Made by a program: the position numbers and the translations under genes | In this document: piece by piece, positions 1 to 9,740 of the stretch | How positions within the stretch are numbered: position 1 is the stretch's first letter | Layout of the letters: every line of letters starts with the position of its first letter | Notes under the pieces: generated by a model | Seen by the model: the letters and a program-made list of their open reading frames with translations, nothing else | Database searches by the model: none | What the model was told of the DNA's origin: nothing | NCBI GenBank assembly: GCA_023399095.1 | Contig: JAEWQS010000189.1 | Coordinates: 16,243 to 80,242, forward strand | Direction of reading: 5' to 3' | Source: Bacillota bacterium | GTDB lineage: Bacteria; Bacillota; Clostridia; Christensenellales; SZUA-584 | Length of the DNA stretch: 64,000 bases

Positions 1-1
1 G

Positions 2-526
2 GGGCCGATAGGGCTTCAGGCGGCGCAGATAGTTAAAAAGATATTCGGTGCGAAGAAGATCATTATATCGGGAACGAGGAAGGAAAGACTTGATCGCGCG
101 AGAGCGTTTGACCTTGACGGATATATAAACGTGCGCGAAGAAGATTTGACCGAGCGCATAAGAGAGATAACAAACGGAGAGATGATAGATACGGTGGTCG
201 AAACATCGGCGGGGGCTTCGGTGTTCGACGACATCAAAAAGGTCATAAACCCATGCGGCAAGGTGGGCATGGTGGGGTTCTTCGGGGCAAAGAAACCGGA
301 GTGTGACTGGGATTCGTTTACTACGAGAGATATATCCATATACGGTGCTCTCGGAAGTCCCAATGTATGGGACGAGGTAATCGCTATGATGGAGAGCGGG
401 AAGCTCGAAGCAAAGTCTATTATATCCCACGTCAAAGATTTTAAGACCTATGAAGATTTCAAAAGCGCACTCGACATGATGATAGAACGGCAGGACAACG
501 CATGCAAGATAATACTTAAGCCATAA
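2..526 (+). CDS. Zn-dependent MDR-family alcohol/polyol dehydrogenase, C-terminal part (5' end outside window)
   Basis: The frame of ORF 131..526 stays open back to base 2 (GPIGLQAAQIVKKIFGAKKIIISGTRKERLDRARAFD...). That segment is the Rossmann GxGxxG region, followed by the MDR C-terminal fold. Stop at 526. Confidence 0.8.
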   Translation, partial: GPIGLQAAQIVKKIFGAKKIIISGTRKERLDRARAFDLDGYINVREEDLTERIREITNGEMIDTVVETSAGASVFDDIKKVINPCGKVGMVGFFGAKKPECDWDSFTTRDISIYGALGSPNVWDEVIAMMESGKLEAKSIISHVKDFKTYEDFKSALDMMIERQDNACKIILKP

Positions 527-538
527 AGGAGGCGTGAT

Positions 539-1174
539 ATGAAGAGAATAATCGATCTATCGCACGACATAACCCATCAGATGCCTGTCTTTCCCGCTGA
601 CCCGGCTGTCGGCGTGCTTAAGCACCATAACTATCAGAACGGCTATCTCGTGAATCAGGTGATATTCGGCACGCACACAGGAACGCATATAGACGTCCCT
701 ATTCACAAGATAAAGGGCGGCAAACCGGTCGATCAGGTGCCTATAGAAAGGTTTGTGGGCAGAGCGTATGTGATGGATTTAACAGATTTAAAGCCGCTTG
801 AAGAGATTACACGAAAACATCTCGAGCCCTTTGCAGGTAAAGCAAGAGGCTTAAAGGCGCTCATCATAAAGACAGGATGGGCGGATCATTTTGGCGGAGA
901 TGATTTCTTCACTTCTTTTCCGGGTATCAGCGAAGAAGCGGTTGGTTGGCTTGTGGAGAACGGTATCTCCCTTGTCGGGCTTGAAAGCCCGTCGGTAAAC
1001 GCCGTAAAACATGCCGAAATCCATACACTGCTTCTGCAAAACGAAATACTAATCATAGAAAGCCTTGTAAACGTCAATAAGATAAAGCAAGAATACGTCG
1101 AGCTGTTCGCAGTTCCTTTAAAATTGAAAGGCCTCGACGGCTCTCCCGTAAGGGCGTTTGCTGTTGAAGATTGA
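539..1174 (+). CDS. Putative cyclase / kynurenine-formamidase-family metal hydrolase
   Basis: 211-aa ORF behind an aaggagg RBS. It has the HxGTHxDxPxH-type motif (GTHTGTHIDVPIH) typical of the cyclase family. Confidence 0.75.
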   Translation: MKRIIDLSHDITHQMPVFPADPAVGVLKHHNYQNGYLVNQVIFGTHTGTHIDVPIHKIKGGKPVDQVPIERFVGRAYVMDLTDLKPLEEITRKHLEPFAGKARGLKALIIKTGWADHFGGDDFFTSFPGISEEAVGWLVENGISLVGLESPSVNAVKHAEIHTLLLQNEILIIESLVNVNKIKQEYVELFAVPLKLKGLDGSPVRAFAVED

Positions 1175-1401
1175 TCCAATTAGTGGTATATTATTCATAT
1201 TATCTCGAATATACCTGACAAGGCAAGAGCCTGGTTATACCTTGTTCTATTTATTAGAATAATTACTAACAATAATAAGTTTATGAAATTGACATAGCCA
1301 TGGATAAGTAATATAGTGATTATAGTTCAATATTATTTATGCAATATGGATAGTATTTAAAACAGGTGTGAAAAAGAAAATTTTATTTAAGGATATTATA
1401 C

Positions 1402-2460
1402 GTGATTCTAAAGTCAAAAGACATTGCTAAAATTTTAAATGTATCGCCTTCAACGGTTTCCCTTGCAATTAACAATAAGCCAGGGGTAAGCGCGGAAACC
1501 AAGAATAAGGTTTATGCTGTATTGGAGGAGTTTTACGCCAGCGGCAACTTTGCCCCCGATAATTGGCAAAACGGAGATAAATCAGAAGAAAAAGAGAAAG
1601 ACGGCTCAGACATAAAGGGCAATATTGTTCTGGTTATACACAAAGCGGAAAAGCAGTTGTTTATACCAAACACTTTCTTTCAGGGTGTTATTGACGGTTG
1701 TCAGTCTGCGGCCATGTTAAACAACTACATCTTAAAAATCACATATTTCAACACCGGAATGAGTAACAATATGCTTCTGGATTCTTTATCGGAAGAAAAT
1801 GTCGCCGGTGTTGTTCTTTATGCAACGGAAATCCCATATGAAGACATAAAGATGTACAAAGAACTTAAAAAACCTGTGGTCATACTGGATGCCCGTCATC
1901 CTTTTGATGATATGGATATGATCACTATTGCCAATCGCAACAGCATCGAAAAGGCTGTTCTGTATGCCTATGAGATGGGACATAGAAAGATAGGATTTCT
2001 GAGAAGCCATACTGTAATCAGGAATTTTGAAGACAGATATGAAGGATATATGAGCGGTCTTCGCTTAGTCGGTCTTGAGTTTAATGAAAAATATGTTTTT
2101 ACCGTTCACTGCTCTTTAAAAGGTGCTCAGAGCGATTTTTTAGAGATACTGGAGACTCCAAAAGAAGAATTGCCTACAATTTTTCTTACTGACCTTGACT
2201 ATAACGTAGCCGGAGCACTCAGTGCTATTAAGAAAAAGGGATACTCTGTGCCCGATGACTTTTCTTTGATTGGTTTCGATGATATTGACTTGATTTCTGA
2301 ACTGGACCCGCCGCTAACCACAATACAAATCAAGGATTATTTCGGCGCGATAGCAATCAACAGGCTTGTGGATAAAATAGAAAAGAATGACTGTATGCAT
2401 TTGAATATTGAAGTTTCGACCGAGTTGTTAATTCGGGAATCCGTAAAGCGAATCGATTAA
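1402..2460 (+). CDS. LacI/GalR-family transcriptional regulator
   Basis: GTG start behind aagga. N-terminal HTH (KDIAKILNVSPSTVSLAINNKPGVS) and a C-terminal periplasmic-binding-protein-like fold (LIGFDDI). Confidence 0.85.
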   Translation: MILKSKDIAKILNVSPSTVSLAINNKPGVSAETKNKVYAVLEEFYASGNFAPDNWQNGDKSEEKEKDGSDIKGNIVLVIHKAEKQLFIPNTFFQGVIDGCQSAAMLNNYILKITYFNTGMSNNMLLDSLSEENVAGVVLYATEIPYEDIKMYKELKKPVVILDARHPFDDMDMITIANRNSIEKAVLYAYEMGHRKIGFLRSHTVIRNFEDRYEGYMSGLRLVGLEFNEKYVFTVHCSLKGAQSDFLEILETPKEELPTIFLTDLDYNVAGALSAIKKKGYSVPDDFSLIGFDDIDLISELDPPLTTIQIKDYFGAIAINRLVDKIEKNDCMHLNIEVSTELLIRESVKRID

Positions 2461-2636
2461 GCATTCAATTCAGATATTTTTCATAATACATTTTCCGAGT
2501 AGTTTTTTTTATTATGGGCAGTAAAAGCACGTTTATTTCACAGCCTCGGTATAGGCGAATTATGTATTTAAATAATATTTAGTTATTGTATTGACATATA
2601 AATTTATGTATGATAACTTGCTAACTGCCTGCTTTT

Positions 2637-2657
2637 ATTTCGAGCGTTTATCGAAAT
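2637..2657. promoter_or_regulatory. Candidate operator: inverted repeat atttcga-N7-tcgaaat upstream of the AKR operon
   Basis: Perfect 7-bp arms seen between the LacI gene and the AKR start. Operator function is inferred from position only. Confidence 0.2.
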
Positions 2658-2743
2658 TCTATCTTAAAAATGTTACGGTTTGCCATATAAAATCATTATT
2701 GAATTCAGAGATTAACTATAATTTAGAAAGGTGTGTAATCATT

Positions 2744-3721
2744 ATGAAGTTTAGAAGGCTTGGTAAAACCGGTTTTGAAATTTCGGAAGTTTCGCTGGGG
2801 ACATGGCAATTAGGAGGAAAATGGGGGCAACCGTTTAACGAAGCGGAAGCGGAGAGAATATTATTAAGCGCGTATGACGAGGGAGTCAATTTTATAGACA
2901 CGGCGGATGTATACAACAATGGCATGTCCGAAAAGGCAATTGGTAAGTTTTTAAGATCTAAGAAGGATAAGATCTATGTGGCGACAAAAGCTGGCAGGCG
3001 TTTAAGCCCGCATACAGCTTCCGGGTACAATGAGAGCAATATACGCGGATTTGTAGAAGACAGCCTGAAAAACATGGGTGTAGATAAAATAGATCTGTTG
3101 CAGCTGCACTGCCCGCCAACGGATGTTTACTATCATCCTGAAGTTTTTGGCGCACTGGATATGCTAAAAGCTGAGGGAAAGATACAACATTACGGCGTAA
3201 GCGTGCAGCGGGTAGAAGAGGCGATCAAAGCAACGACCTATGAAGGCGTCTCGACTGTACAGATCATATTCAATATGTTCAGACTGCGGCCTTGTGAGCT
3301 GTTCTTTCCGATCGCAAAAAAGAACGATATAGGTGTAATCGTCAGAGTACCGCTTGCAAGCGGGCTGCTTACGGGTAAATTTGACGCGAATACAGAGTTT
3401 GGAAAAGATGATCACAGGTATTTCAATCGTGAAGGGAAGACTTTTGATAAGGGTGAGACGTTCTCTGGCGTTAATTATAATGTGGGTCTTAAAGCGGTTG
3501 ATGAGTTGAAAGAGGTGTTTCCAAATCTGCCTGAAAGTGCGCTTAAATATATCTTAATGTTCGATGAAGTCAGCTGCGTCATACCCGGCGCCAGCAATGC
3601 AGAGCAAGCCGCCAGAAATTTTGCCGTTTCAGAGTTTCCGCCTATTCTGAATGCTGATATGCAAAAGGTGAGTGCGATTTACGATAAGTACATCAAAGAC
3701 CCGGTGCATTATATCTGGTAG
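2744..3721 (+). CDS. Aldo/keto reductase
   Basis: The ORF opens at 2591, but the conserved AKR N-terminus MKFRRLGKTGFEISEVSLGTWQLGG begins at ATG 2744 behind aaaggtg. DTADVY, ATKAG and LLQLHCP contexts fit the AKR catalytic tetrad. Confidence 0.85.
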   Translation: MKFRRLGKTGFEISEVSLGTWQLGGKWGQPFNEAEAERILLSAYDEGVNFIDTADVYNNGMSEKAIGKFLRSKKDKIYVATKAGRRLSPHTASGYNESNIRGFVEDSLKNMGVDKIDLLQLHCPPTDVYYHPEVFGALDMLKAEGKIQHYGVSVQRVEEAIKATTYEGVSTVQIIFNMFRLRPCELFFPIAKKNDIGVIVRVPLASGLLTGKFDANTEFGKDDHRYFNREGKTFDKGETFSGVNYNVGLKAVDELKEVFPNLPESALKYILMFDEVSCVIPGASNAEQAARNFAVSEFPPILNADMQKVSAIYDKYIKDPVHYIW

Positions 3722-3797
3722 GTCGCGGTATTTGTAAACTGTGATTTTCCTTTTAAATAATGATATAAGGTCAGTTTATACATCAAGGAGAAGTATC

Positions 3798-4193
3798 ATG
3801 AAGCATGTAGTCGTAAATGTTCAGAACAAACAACCCGATGACGACCAAAGATCTCTGCGTGCGCGAGTTGCAGGCCGCGACAACGATATTCTGCGCGATA
3901 CTTATTATCTTATCGACAAAAGCAACAGCTCATCAAAGAATCTTACAATGGGGTATACGACGATATATCCTACCGGAACGACGACCGGACATGCCCACGA
4001 TGATATGGAAGAGGTTTATTTCGTGATATCAGGAGAAGGCATAATGGTAATCGGCGAAGACAGGTTCCCGATAAAGCCGGGCGACGGACTTTATGTGCCG
4101 CCGGGTCTTTTTCATACCACGATACAGACGGGGAACCAGCCACTCGTCGTACTGTGGGTAACGGGCAAAGTCGGCGCGGAGGATAAGAAATGA
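3798..4193 (+). CDS. Cupin-domain protein
   Basis: ATG 3798 behind an aaggag RBS (the ORF opens at 3741). Cupin motifs TTGHAHDDMEEVYFV and GDGLYVPPGLFH. The stop overlaps the next start (ATGA). Confidence 0.7.
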   Translation: MKHVVVNVQNKQPDDDQRSLRARVAGRDNDILRDTYYLIDKSNSSSKNLTMGYTTIYPTGTTTGHAHDDMEEVYFVISGEGIMVIGEDRFPIKPGDGLYVPPGLFHTTIQTGNQPLVVLWVTGKVGAEDKK

Positions 4194-5632
4194 TACTGAG
4201 CGAGAAGAACCTTATAGACGGGGAATGGATAGAAGGAAAAGGCGGACGGTTAGAAGTAATAAACCCCGCTGATGGGGAGGTCATAGCGACAGTGCCCAAA
4301 GCTTCCCCGGAGGAAGCGGACTCTGCGGTGGATGCAGCCGACAGTGCTTTTAAAGGCTGGAGCAGTCTTTCCCCTTTTAAAAGAGGAGAAATACTGCGCA
4401 GAGCGCGAGAGATTGTTTTGCAGCGCGCGGAGGAGATAGCAAGGCTTATGACCAGCGAACAGGGTAAGCCGCTGGAGGAAGCGCTGGGAGAAGTAAAAAA
4501 AGGCGCGGAAATACTGCGCTATTACGCCGAAGAGGGCGAGAGGGTATACGGAAGGATAATTCAGAACGCAGATCCCGACATCGAAAGCAGGGTCATATAT
4601 CAGCCTTTGGGCGTGGCTTTGGCCATATCGCCATGGAACTACCCTATTGAGCTGCTGGCCTGGAAGGTTGGGGGCGCACTCGCGTCCGGGTGTACTGTGG
4701 TATGCAAGCTTCCTTCGCAGACGCCGTTGTCGCCGCTTGCATTTATAAGATGCGTTGCGGACGCGGGTATGCCCAAAGGAGCGCTGAACGCGCTTACGGG
4801 AGCGGGCCCGACATTAGGCCCGTGGCTTCTTAAAAATCCGAAAGTCAAGAAAGTCGCTTTTACCGGTTCGACCAAGGTGGGCAAACAGGTGCTTGCCGAT
4901 ACGGTGGATACGCTTAAAAAAGTTTCCCTAGAGCTTGGCGGAAGCCTTCCGATGATCGTATGCGCAGACTGCGATATCGACGCCGCGGTTGCTGGAGCTG
5001 TCAGGCGCTCATTTCGCAATATGGGACAGATATGCATTGCGGTAAACAGGATATATGTGGACAAACGGGTCTATGACGAATTTTTGGACAAATTTGTCGA
5101 ACAGACAAATAAACTTAGTATAGGCAACGGGCTTACAGACAACTGTGACCTTGGGCCTATGTGTACCGCGGCGGGTATCGAGACCACAAAAAAGCATATT
5201 GAAGACGGCATTAGCAAAGGAGCGCGGCTGCTTTGCGGGGGCAAGAAGCCGCAGGGCGTAAAGTTTGAAAAAGGTTTCTTTTTCGAGCCTTCCATACTCG
5301 CAGACGCCGGCCATGATATGCTCGTGATGAGAGAGGAGACGTTCGGGCCGCTCGTCGGTGTTATGGCGTTTGATGACATAGACGAGGCTATAGAGCTCGC
5401 AAATGATACGTCCTACGGGCTTGCCGCTATCGTATATACGAAAAGCCTTGGTGTTGCGGAGAGGCTATCGCGTGAGATAAATACGGGAAACATCGCGATA
5501 AACAACCCGGACGCGGGGGTCATCAACGCGCCGTACGGAGGTTGGAAGGACAGCGGCTTTGGTTACGAGCATGCACCTGAAGGCCTATACGAGTATCTGC
5601 ACGCAAAACATATTAGATTATACAAAAGGTAG
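4190..5632 (+). CDS. NAD(P)-dependent aldehyde dehydrogenase (non-acylating type)
   Basis: 480 aa with ISPWNYP, FTGSTKVGK, ELGG, the catalytic Cys context GQICIAVNR, and EETFGP. No N-terminal extension. Confidence 0.85.
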   Translation: MILSEKNLIDGEWIEGKGGRLEVINPADGEVIATVPKASPEEADSAVDAADSAFKGWSSLSPFKRGEILRRAREIVLQRAEEIARLMTSEQGKPLEEALGEVKKGAEILRYYAEEGERVYGRIIQNADPDIESRVIYQPLGVALAISPWNYPIELLAWKVGGALASGCTVVCKLPSQTPLSPLAFIRCVADAGMPKGALNALTGAGPTLGPWLLKNPKVKKVAFTGSTKVGKQVLADTVDTLKKVSLELGGSLPMIVCADCDIDAAVAGAVRRSFRNMGQICIAVNRIYVDKRVYDEFLDKFVEQTNKLSIGNGLTDNCDLGPMCTAAGIETTKKHIEDGISKGARLLCGGKKPQGVKFEKGFFFEPSILADAGHDMLVMREETFGPLVGVMAFDDIDEAIELANDTSYGLAAIVYTKSLGVAERLSREINTGNIAINNPDAGVINAPYGGWKDSGFGYEHAPEGLYEYLHAKHIRLYKR

Positions 5633-6070
5633 AGCAGTTATTTAACTGACTTGGGCGGGGAGAAAGGTATAGCGCCAATTGCGTAAAAACGGTAGGAGAG
5701 CGGTATTTTTGGCGCGGGTCTGCAGCTTTGCAGGTAAATATCAAATGGACTCTCTTTAAGAAGACAGAAAGAAGATCTGAGACTTAAATTATGTTTAATG
5801 AGAGCTTTATTGTTGTATAAATTAATGATAAAATCCAAATATTATTTAATAAAAGGCGGGATATGGCAAATATCGAACAATAAACCTTGCATATTTTTAA
5901 ATAAAATTTAAATTAATATGGACAAATCATTTTCAATTTGATAAATTATAATGGTAAATTAATTCCTGAGTGAAAATAAGATACGATAATTAAATTAAAT
6001 TTAGTTAATATTTAGTTCGATTCTTGTTTTTCATAAAAAACATATAAAAAAGGCGATTGATGAGGTATTT

Positions 6071-6775
6071 ATGAAAACAGTTCTAATTACTGGAGCAAAC
6101 GGAGGGCTAGGCAAATGCCTTGTTAAAAAATACTGTTCAGAGGGTTATCAGGTTTTTGCATTTGATTACAAACTTGATGAAGATTCTGTTCGTATGGAAA
6201 AAGAGATGGATAATCTCGCATTATTTTCTTTTATTGATGTAAGGGATTCAAACGCGATTGAAAAGGCGTGGGATTTAGTTGCCGCAAAGACTGACAAGAT
6301 CGATATTTTAATCAACGCGGCTGCTATTTTGCCTGCAAACAGCGCAAATGTATTAGAAGAGTTCAATATCGAAAGCGCTCTTGACGTATATTCAACCAAT
6401 GCCCTAGGGCCGCTTCGCGTGGTTCAGAAATTCTTGCCGCTTATCAAAAACAGCAAAGGAAAAACGATAATAAACATCAGTTCTGAAGCTGGCAGCATCA
6501 GTACTCACAACGACTATATAAATAGATATGATTACTGTATGTCTAAAGCCGCACTTAATATGCAAAGCGTGATTTTGCAGCGCTATCTGCGGCCTGAGGA
6601 CATCCGGGTGGTTGTCATTCATCCCGGCTGGATGAAGACGGAAATGGGGGGGATAGATGCCCCGATTCCTCCGGAGAATTCAGCTGATGGAATTTTTGAT
6701 TTGGCAGGCACATGCGGCAAAGACTTTGAATGTGGGATGTTTTTTGATTATGACGGCTGTCAGCGCAGCTGGTAG
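6071..6775 (+). CDS. Short-chain dehydrogenase/reductase (SDR)
   Basis: TGANGGLG cofactor motif, NAAA, and the YxxxK catalytic motif (YCMSKAA). Visibly more A/T-rich than its neighbours. Confidence 0.85.
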   Translation: MKTVLITGANGGLGKCLVKKYCSEGYQVFAFDYKLDEDSVRMEKEMDNLALFSFIDVRDSNAIEKAWDLVAAKTDKIDILINAAAILPANSANVLEEFNIESALDVYSTNALGPLRVVQKFLPLIKNSKGKTIINISSEAGSISTHNDYINRYDYCMSKAALNMQSVILQRYLRPEDIRVVVIHPGWMKTEMGGIDAPIPPENSADGIFDLAGTCGKDFECGMFFDYDGCQRSW

Positions 6776-6923
6776 CTGTGACTGACGATAAGGATGATAA
6801 ATAGAATTTGCGTAAGAGCAAAGTGACGGCTGAAGATCTCGGATGGTATGTGATTCCGGGTTGGGGCAGCTTAAAAATGATTTGATAGTAAATGAATTAT
6901 AAAACTAAGGTAAGGTGATTATC

Positions 6924-7430
6924 ATGCAAACTTTAAGAAAAATTGACCGAAAAGAATTTAAAGAGAATGCTTTGGTCCGCATCGGCGATGATTGGATGCT
7001 GGTAACGGCTGGTGACGAAGAGAATGGCTGCAATACACTGACTGCTTGCTGGGGTGGATTGGGTGATCTATGGCATCGGGATGCCGCGTTTATATTTATT
7101 CGCCCTACTCGTTATACATATGAATTCATAGAAAGCCAAGAAAGGTTTTCGTTGTCATTTTTCCCGCATGGATACCGCAAAGCTCTATCGCTGCTGGGCA
7201 CTAAATCGGGACGCGATGGTGACAAAATAAGCGAAGCGGGGCTCGAAGTTGAGTATTATGAAGGAGTTCCGGCGTTTAAGCAGGCCAATCTGGTTATTAT
7301 TTGCAGGAAGATGTACTATCTTGATTTTGTGCCGGAAAGAATTCCGCAGGATGTTATCGAAAGGTTTTACCCCGAAGGTGATTTCCATAGGTTTTATGCC
7401 GGAGAGATTGAATCAATATACACGACTTAA
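6924..7430 (+). CDS. Flavin-reductase-like (FMN-binding split-barrel) domain protein
   Basis: DWMLVTAG...NTLTACWGGLG...FIRPTRYTYEF...GTKSGRDGDK pattern of the flavin reductase-like family. ATG 6924 is preferred over GTG 6915. Confidence 0.65.
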   Translation: MQTLRKIDRKEFKENALVRIGDDWMLVTAGDEENGCNTLTACWGGLGDLWHRDAAFIFIRPTRYTYEFIESQERFSLSFFPHGYRKALSLLGTKSGRDGDKISEAGLEVEYYEGVPAFKQANLVIICRKMYYLDFVPERIPQDVIERFYPEGDFHRFYAGEIESIYTT

Positions 7431-7454
7431 GTTTTATGAAAGGGTCTTAATTAT

Positions 7455-8792
7455 ATGAATGTTAATTATTCAAAAGAGGTATATGGGAAAACAGGGGTAA
7501 ATTTTACGCTTAGATCTCTTGGCGCACAGGCAGTGCGCGGCGGCGAAGCTGACGTACAGCGGGTAATGAACAAGATGATCGCGTTGGGCGAGTACGAGGC
7601 GCTTAAAGGGCAGGTCAAAGCGATAGGCGTGACGGAGCGCTTTAAAGATGTCATAAAGACGTTTGAAGTTCCCGAGGGCGAGACGCCTGCGGGCTTTAGG
7701 ATAGAGAGCACTCTTGAACAGGACGGATTGCTGCTTGTGGATCTCGTAAGGGATATAAACTGCGACAAGAACGGCATGAAGCGGCCTACCAAGACGATAT
7801 TCTCTGCGGACTCTGCAAATCCGTACGAGGTGGCGCCGATATCGGCGCTGCTCGGAAACCTCACATGCAACCCGGGCATAGTGTACGACCTGTTCATAAA
7901 CAACCCTAAGGCGAATGTCGGAGGGAAGTTCAAGACCATCGAAGAGGTGATGACGGAGATTGGCAGGACACTCGGCCCCGGATGTGATATAAGCGTTGAG
8001 CTCAACAACCCGTTCGAAGAGGATTTTAATAAGATACTTGACGAGTGCGAGAAGTTTAAGAGTATCCTCACTGAATACAGGCTCGTGGTAAAGGTGCCGC
8101 ATATGGGGCCGGTCAACGGGGGCAACGTTGGTGAGCTCCTTACGGGAGACAAGAGGTTTTCCGCAAGGTATGATCAGCCCGCGACAGAAGACGCGTTCAG
8201 AAGCCATAACCTTGTTCTGAAACTGAGGGAACATGGCTACAGGATAAACTATACGCTGATGTTTGAACCTTATCAGACGGCGCTCGCGCTGCAGGCGAAG
8301 CCCACGTTCATCAACAGCTTCGTAAGACACAGGATGAAGCAGTCTGAACAGATGAAGAACCTGCTTGCGTTCTATGACATATCGAAGGACGCAAAGCACC
8401 TCGAGGATTTGAGAGCTGTGATGCTGGGCGCAGACCTGCTTGCGAAAAACGAGGGGAGCACAGACCTCTTGAAGGTAAAGCAGTTTGCAGAAGAACTGCT
8501 GAAATATCGTCAGACAGACGGGCACGAGGGAAGCGACGGACTCGACTCGGTAAGGCACAATCTTCGTCTGCTGAAGCAGAACAACCTGCCGGACACGCGG
8601 CTTATTATCTGCAGTATGGAAGGACCCCTAAACTACCCCGATATAGACAAGATGGCTGCTGAGCCCGAGTTTGCAGACGTCATAGACAGGCTCGTCATAA
8701 CGGCAGAGCCGGGGTACCTTGCGAGATTCACGTCTTCTAATCACGTGGTGTCGTATCAAAGAAGGTTCATGAATGCCGTTCAAGGCGCGTAA
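7455..8792 (+). CDS. Divergent long-form transaldolase / fructose-6-phosphate-aldolase superfamily protein
   Basis: 445 aa. FSADSANP (Asp), TCNPG (equivalent of TTNPS), ISVELN (Glu), VVKVPH (Schiff-base Lys context) and NYTLMFEPYQ...INSFVRH occur in the canonical order of Tal/FSA barrels. About 110 aa of N-terminal and about 130 aa of C-terminal extra sequence. Confidence 0.6.
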   Translation: MNVNYSKEVYGKTGVNFTLRSLGAQAVRGGEADVQRVMNKMIALGEYEALKGQVKAIGVTERFKDVIKTFEVPEGETPAGFRIESTLEQDGLLLVDLVRDINCDKNGMKRPTKTIFSADSANPYEVAPISALLGNLTCNPGIVYDLFINNPKANVGGKFKTIEEVMTEIGRTLGPGCDISVELNNPFEEDFNKILDECEKFKSILTEYRLVVKVPHMGPVNGGNVGELLTGDKRFSARYDQPATEDAFRSHNLVLKLREHGYRINYTLMFEPYQTALALQAKPTFINSFVRHRMKQSEQMKNLLAFYDISKDAKHLEDLRAVMLGADLLAKNEGSTDLLKVKQFAEELLKYRQTDGHEGSDGLDSVRHNLRLLKQNNLPDTRLIICSMEGPLNYPDIDKMAAEPEFADVIDRLVITAEPGYLARFTSSNHVVSYQRRFMNAVQGA

Positions 8793-8846
8793 TTGGATGC
8801 TCAAAAGCCTTAAGACTTATTGGGGTGTAAAATCAGGAGGTTAAGA

Positions 8847-9740
8847 ATGAAGAATGAGAAGCTGAGGGGAGTAATTGCTCCCATTACAACGCCATTTACA
8901 AAGGATGGAGAGGTCGATTACGCGGGGCTGAAAAGCAACATGGATTTCTATGCCAAGTCGGGTATTCAAGGCTATCTGGCGCTTGGGTCGAACGGTGAGA
9001 ACAAAAGCCTCATGAACGATGAGAAGGTAAAAGTACTCAAGACGATCATCGACAACAAGGCAAAAGAGCAGTTTGTGATGGCAGGATGCATATTCGAATC
9101 GACATTTGAGACGATAACGTACGCCAAAGAATACGAGAAGCTGGGTGCTGACTTTCTTACGCTGCTGCCTCCTTCGTATTTCAAAAAGCAGATGACGGAG
9201 CCAGTGCTTGTAAAATATTTTAACGATGTCGCAGATTCTGTGAAAACACCGTGTCTGATGTACAACGCGCCTCAGTTCTGCGGAGGCACCGAGCTTTCCG
9301 TAAACCTCGTCAAAGAATGCGCCAAGAACCCGAACATAGTGGGTATGAAAGACTCGTCGAAGGGCAATATCGAGAGCTTCCTGTTCGGGGTAAGGGATCA
9401 GATATGCGTGATGGCGGGCAGCGCTGATTTCTTCATGAACACGCTGTTTATGGGCGGCACGGGCGGTGTGGTATCGCTTGCCAACGTATTCCCTTCCATA
9501 GTTAACGAGCTGTACACGCTTATACTCGAAAAGAAATACGAAGAGGCGTTCAAGCTTAATGAGAAGGTGTTGCGCCTCAACAAGGGCGTATCGGGTTCGG
9601 GCGGTGTGGCCGCAGTCAAGTACGGTATGGATCTTGCAGGGCTTTGCGGAGGCAACGCGCGCCTGCCGCTTCTTCCGCTGACAGACGATATTAAGATAAA
9701 GATGGAGGCGTTTCTTAAAAAGGAAGGCCTGATCGCATGA
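8847..9740 (+). CDS. DapA/NAL-family class I (pyruvate-dependent) aldolase
   Basis: ATG 8847 behind aggagg (the ORF opens at 8820). GSNGE, YNAP and the Schiff-base Lys context VGMKDSS. The stop overlaps the next start. Confidence 0.8.
   Translation: MKNEKLRGVIAPITTPFTKDGEVDYAGLKSNMDFYAKSGIQGYLALGSNGENKSLMNDEKVKVLKTIIDNKAKEQFVMAGCIFESTFETITYAKEYEKLGADFLTLLPPSYFKKQMTEPVLVKYFNDVADSVKTPCLMYNAPQFCGGTELSVNLVKECAKNPNIVGMKDSSKGNIESFLFGVRDQICVMAGSADFFMNTLFMGGTGGVVSLANVFPSIVNELYTLILEKKYEEAFKLNEKVLRLNKGVSGSGGVAAVKYGMDLAGLCGGNARLPLLPLTDDIKIKMEAFLKKEGLIA

Noticed and set aside
2591-2743. 51-codon N-terminal extension of the AKR ORF. Similar upstream extensions occur at 3741, 8820, 44776 and 58341.
   Set aside because: The extensions are A/T-rich and not protein-like. 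In each case the conserved family N-terminus starts at an internal ATG preceded by a good RBS.
5638-5838. 66-aa minus-strand ORF in the A/T-rich spacer after the aldehyde dehydrogenase
   Set aside because: No RBS, low-complexity sequence, no recognisable motif. It is probably non-coding spacer.
7470-8558. Long minus-strand ORFs (362 and 228 aa) opposite the transaldolase-like gene
   Set aside because: Same shadow-ORF composition. The plus-strand frame carries the ordered Tal/FSA catalytic landmarks.
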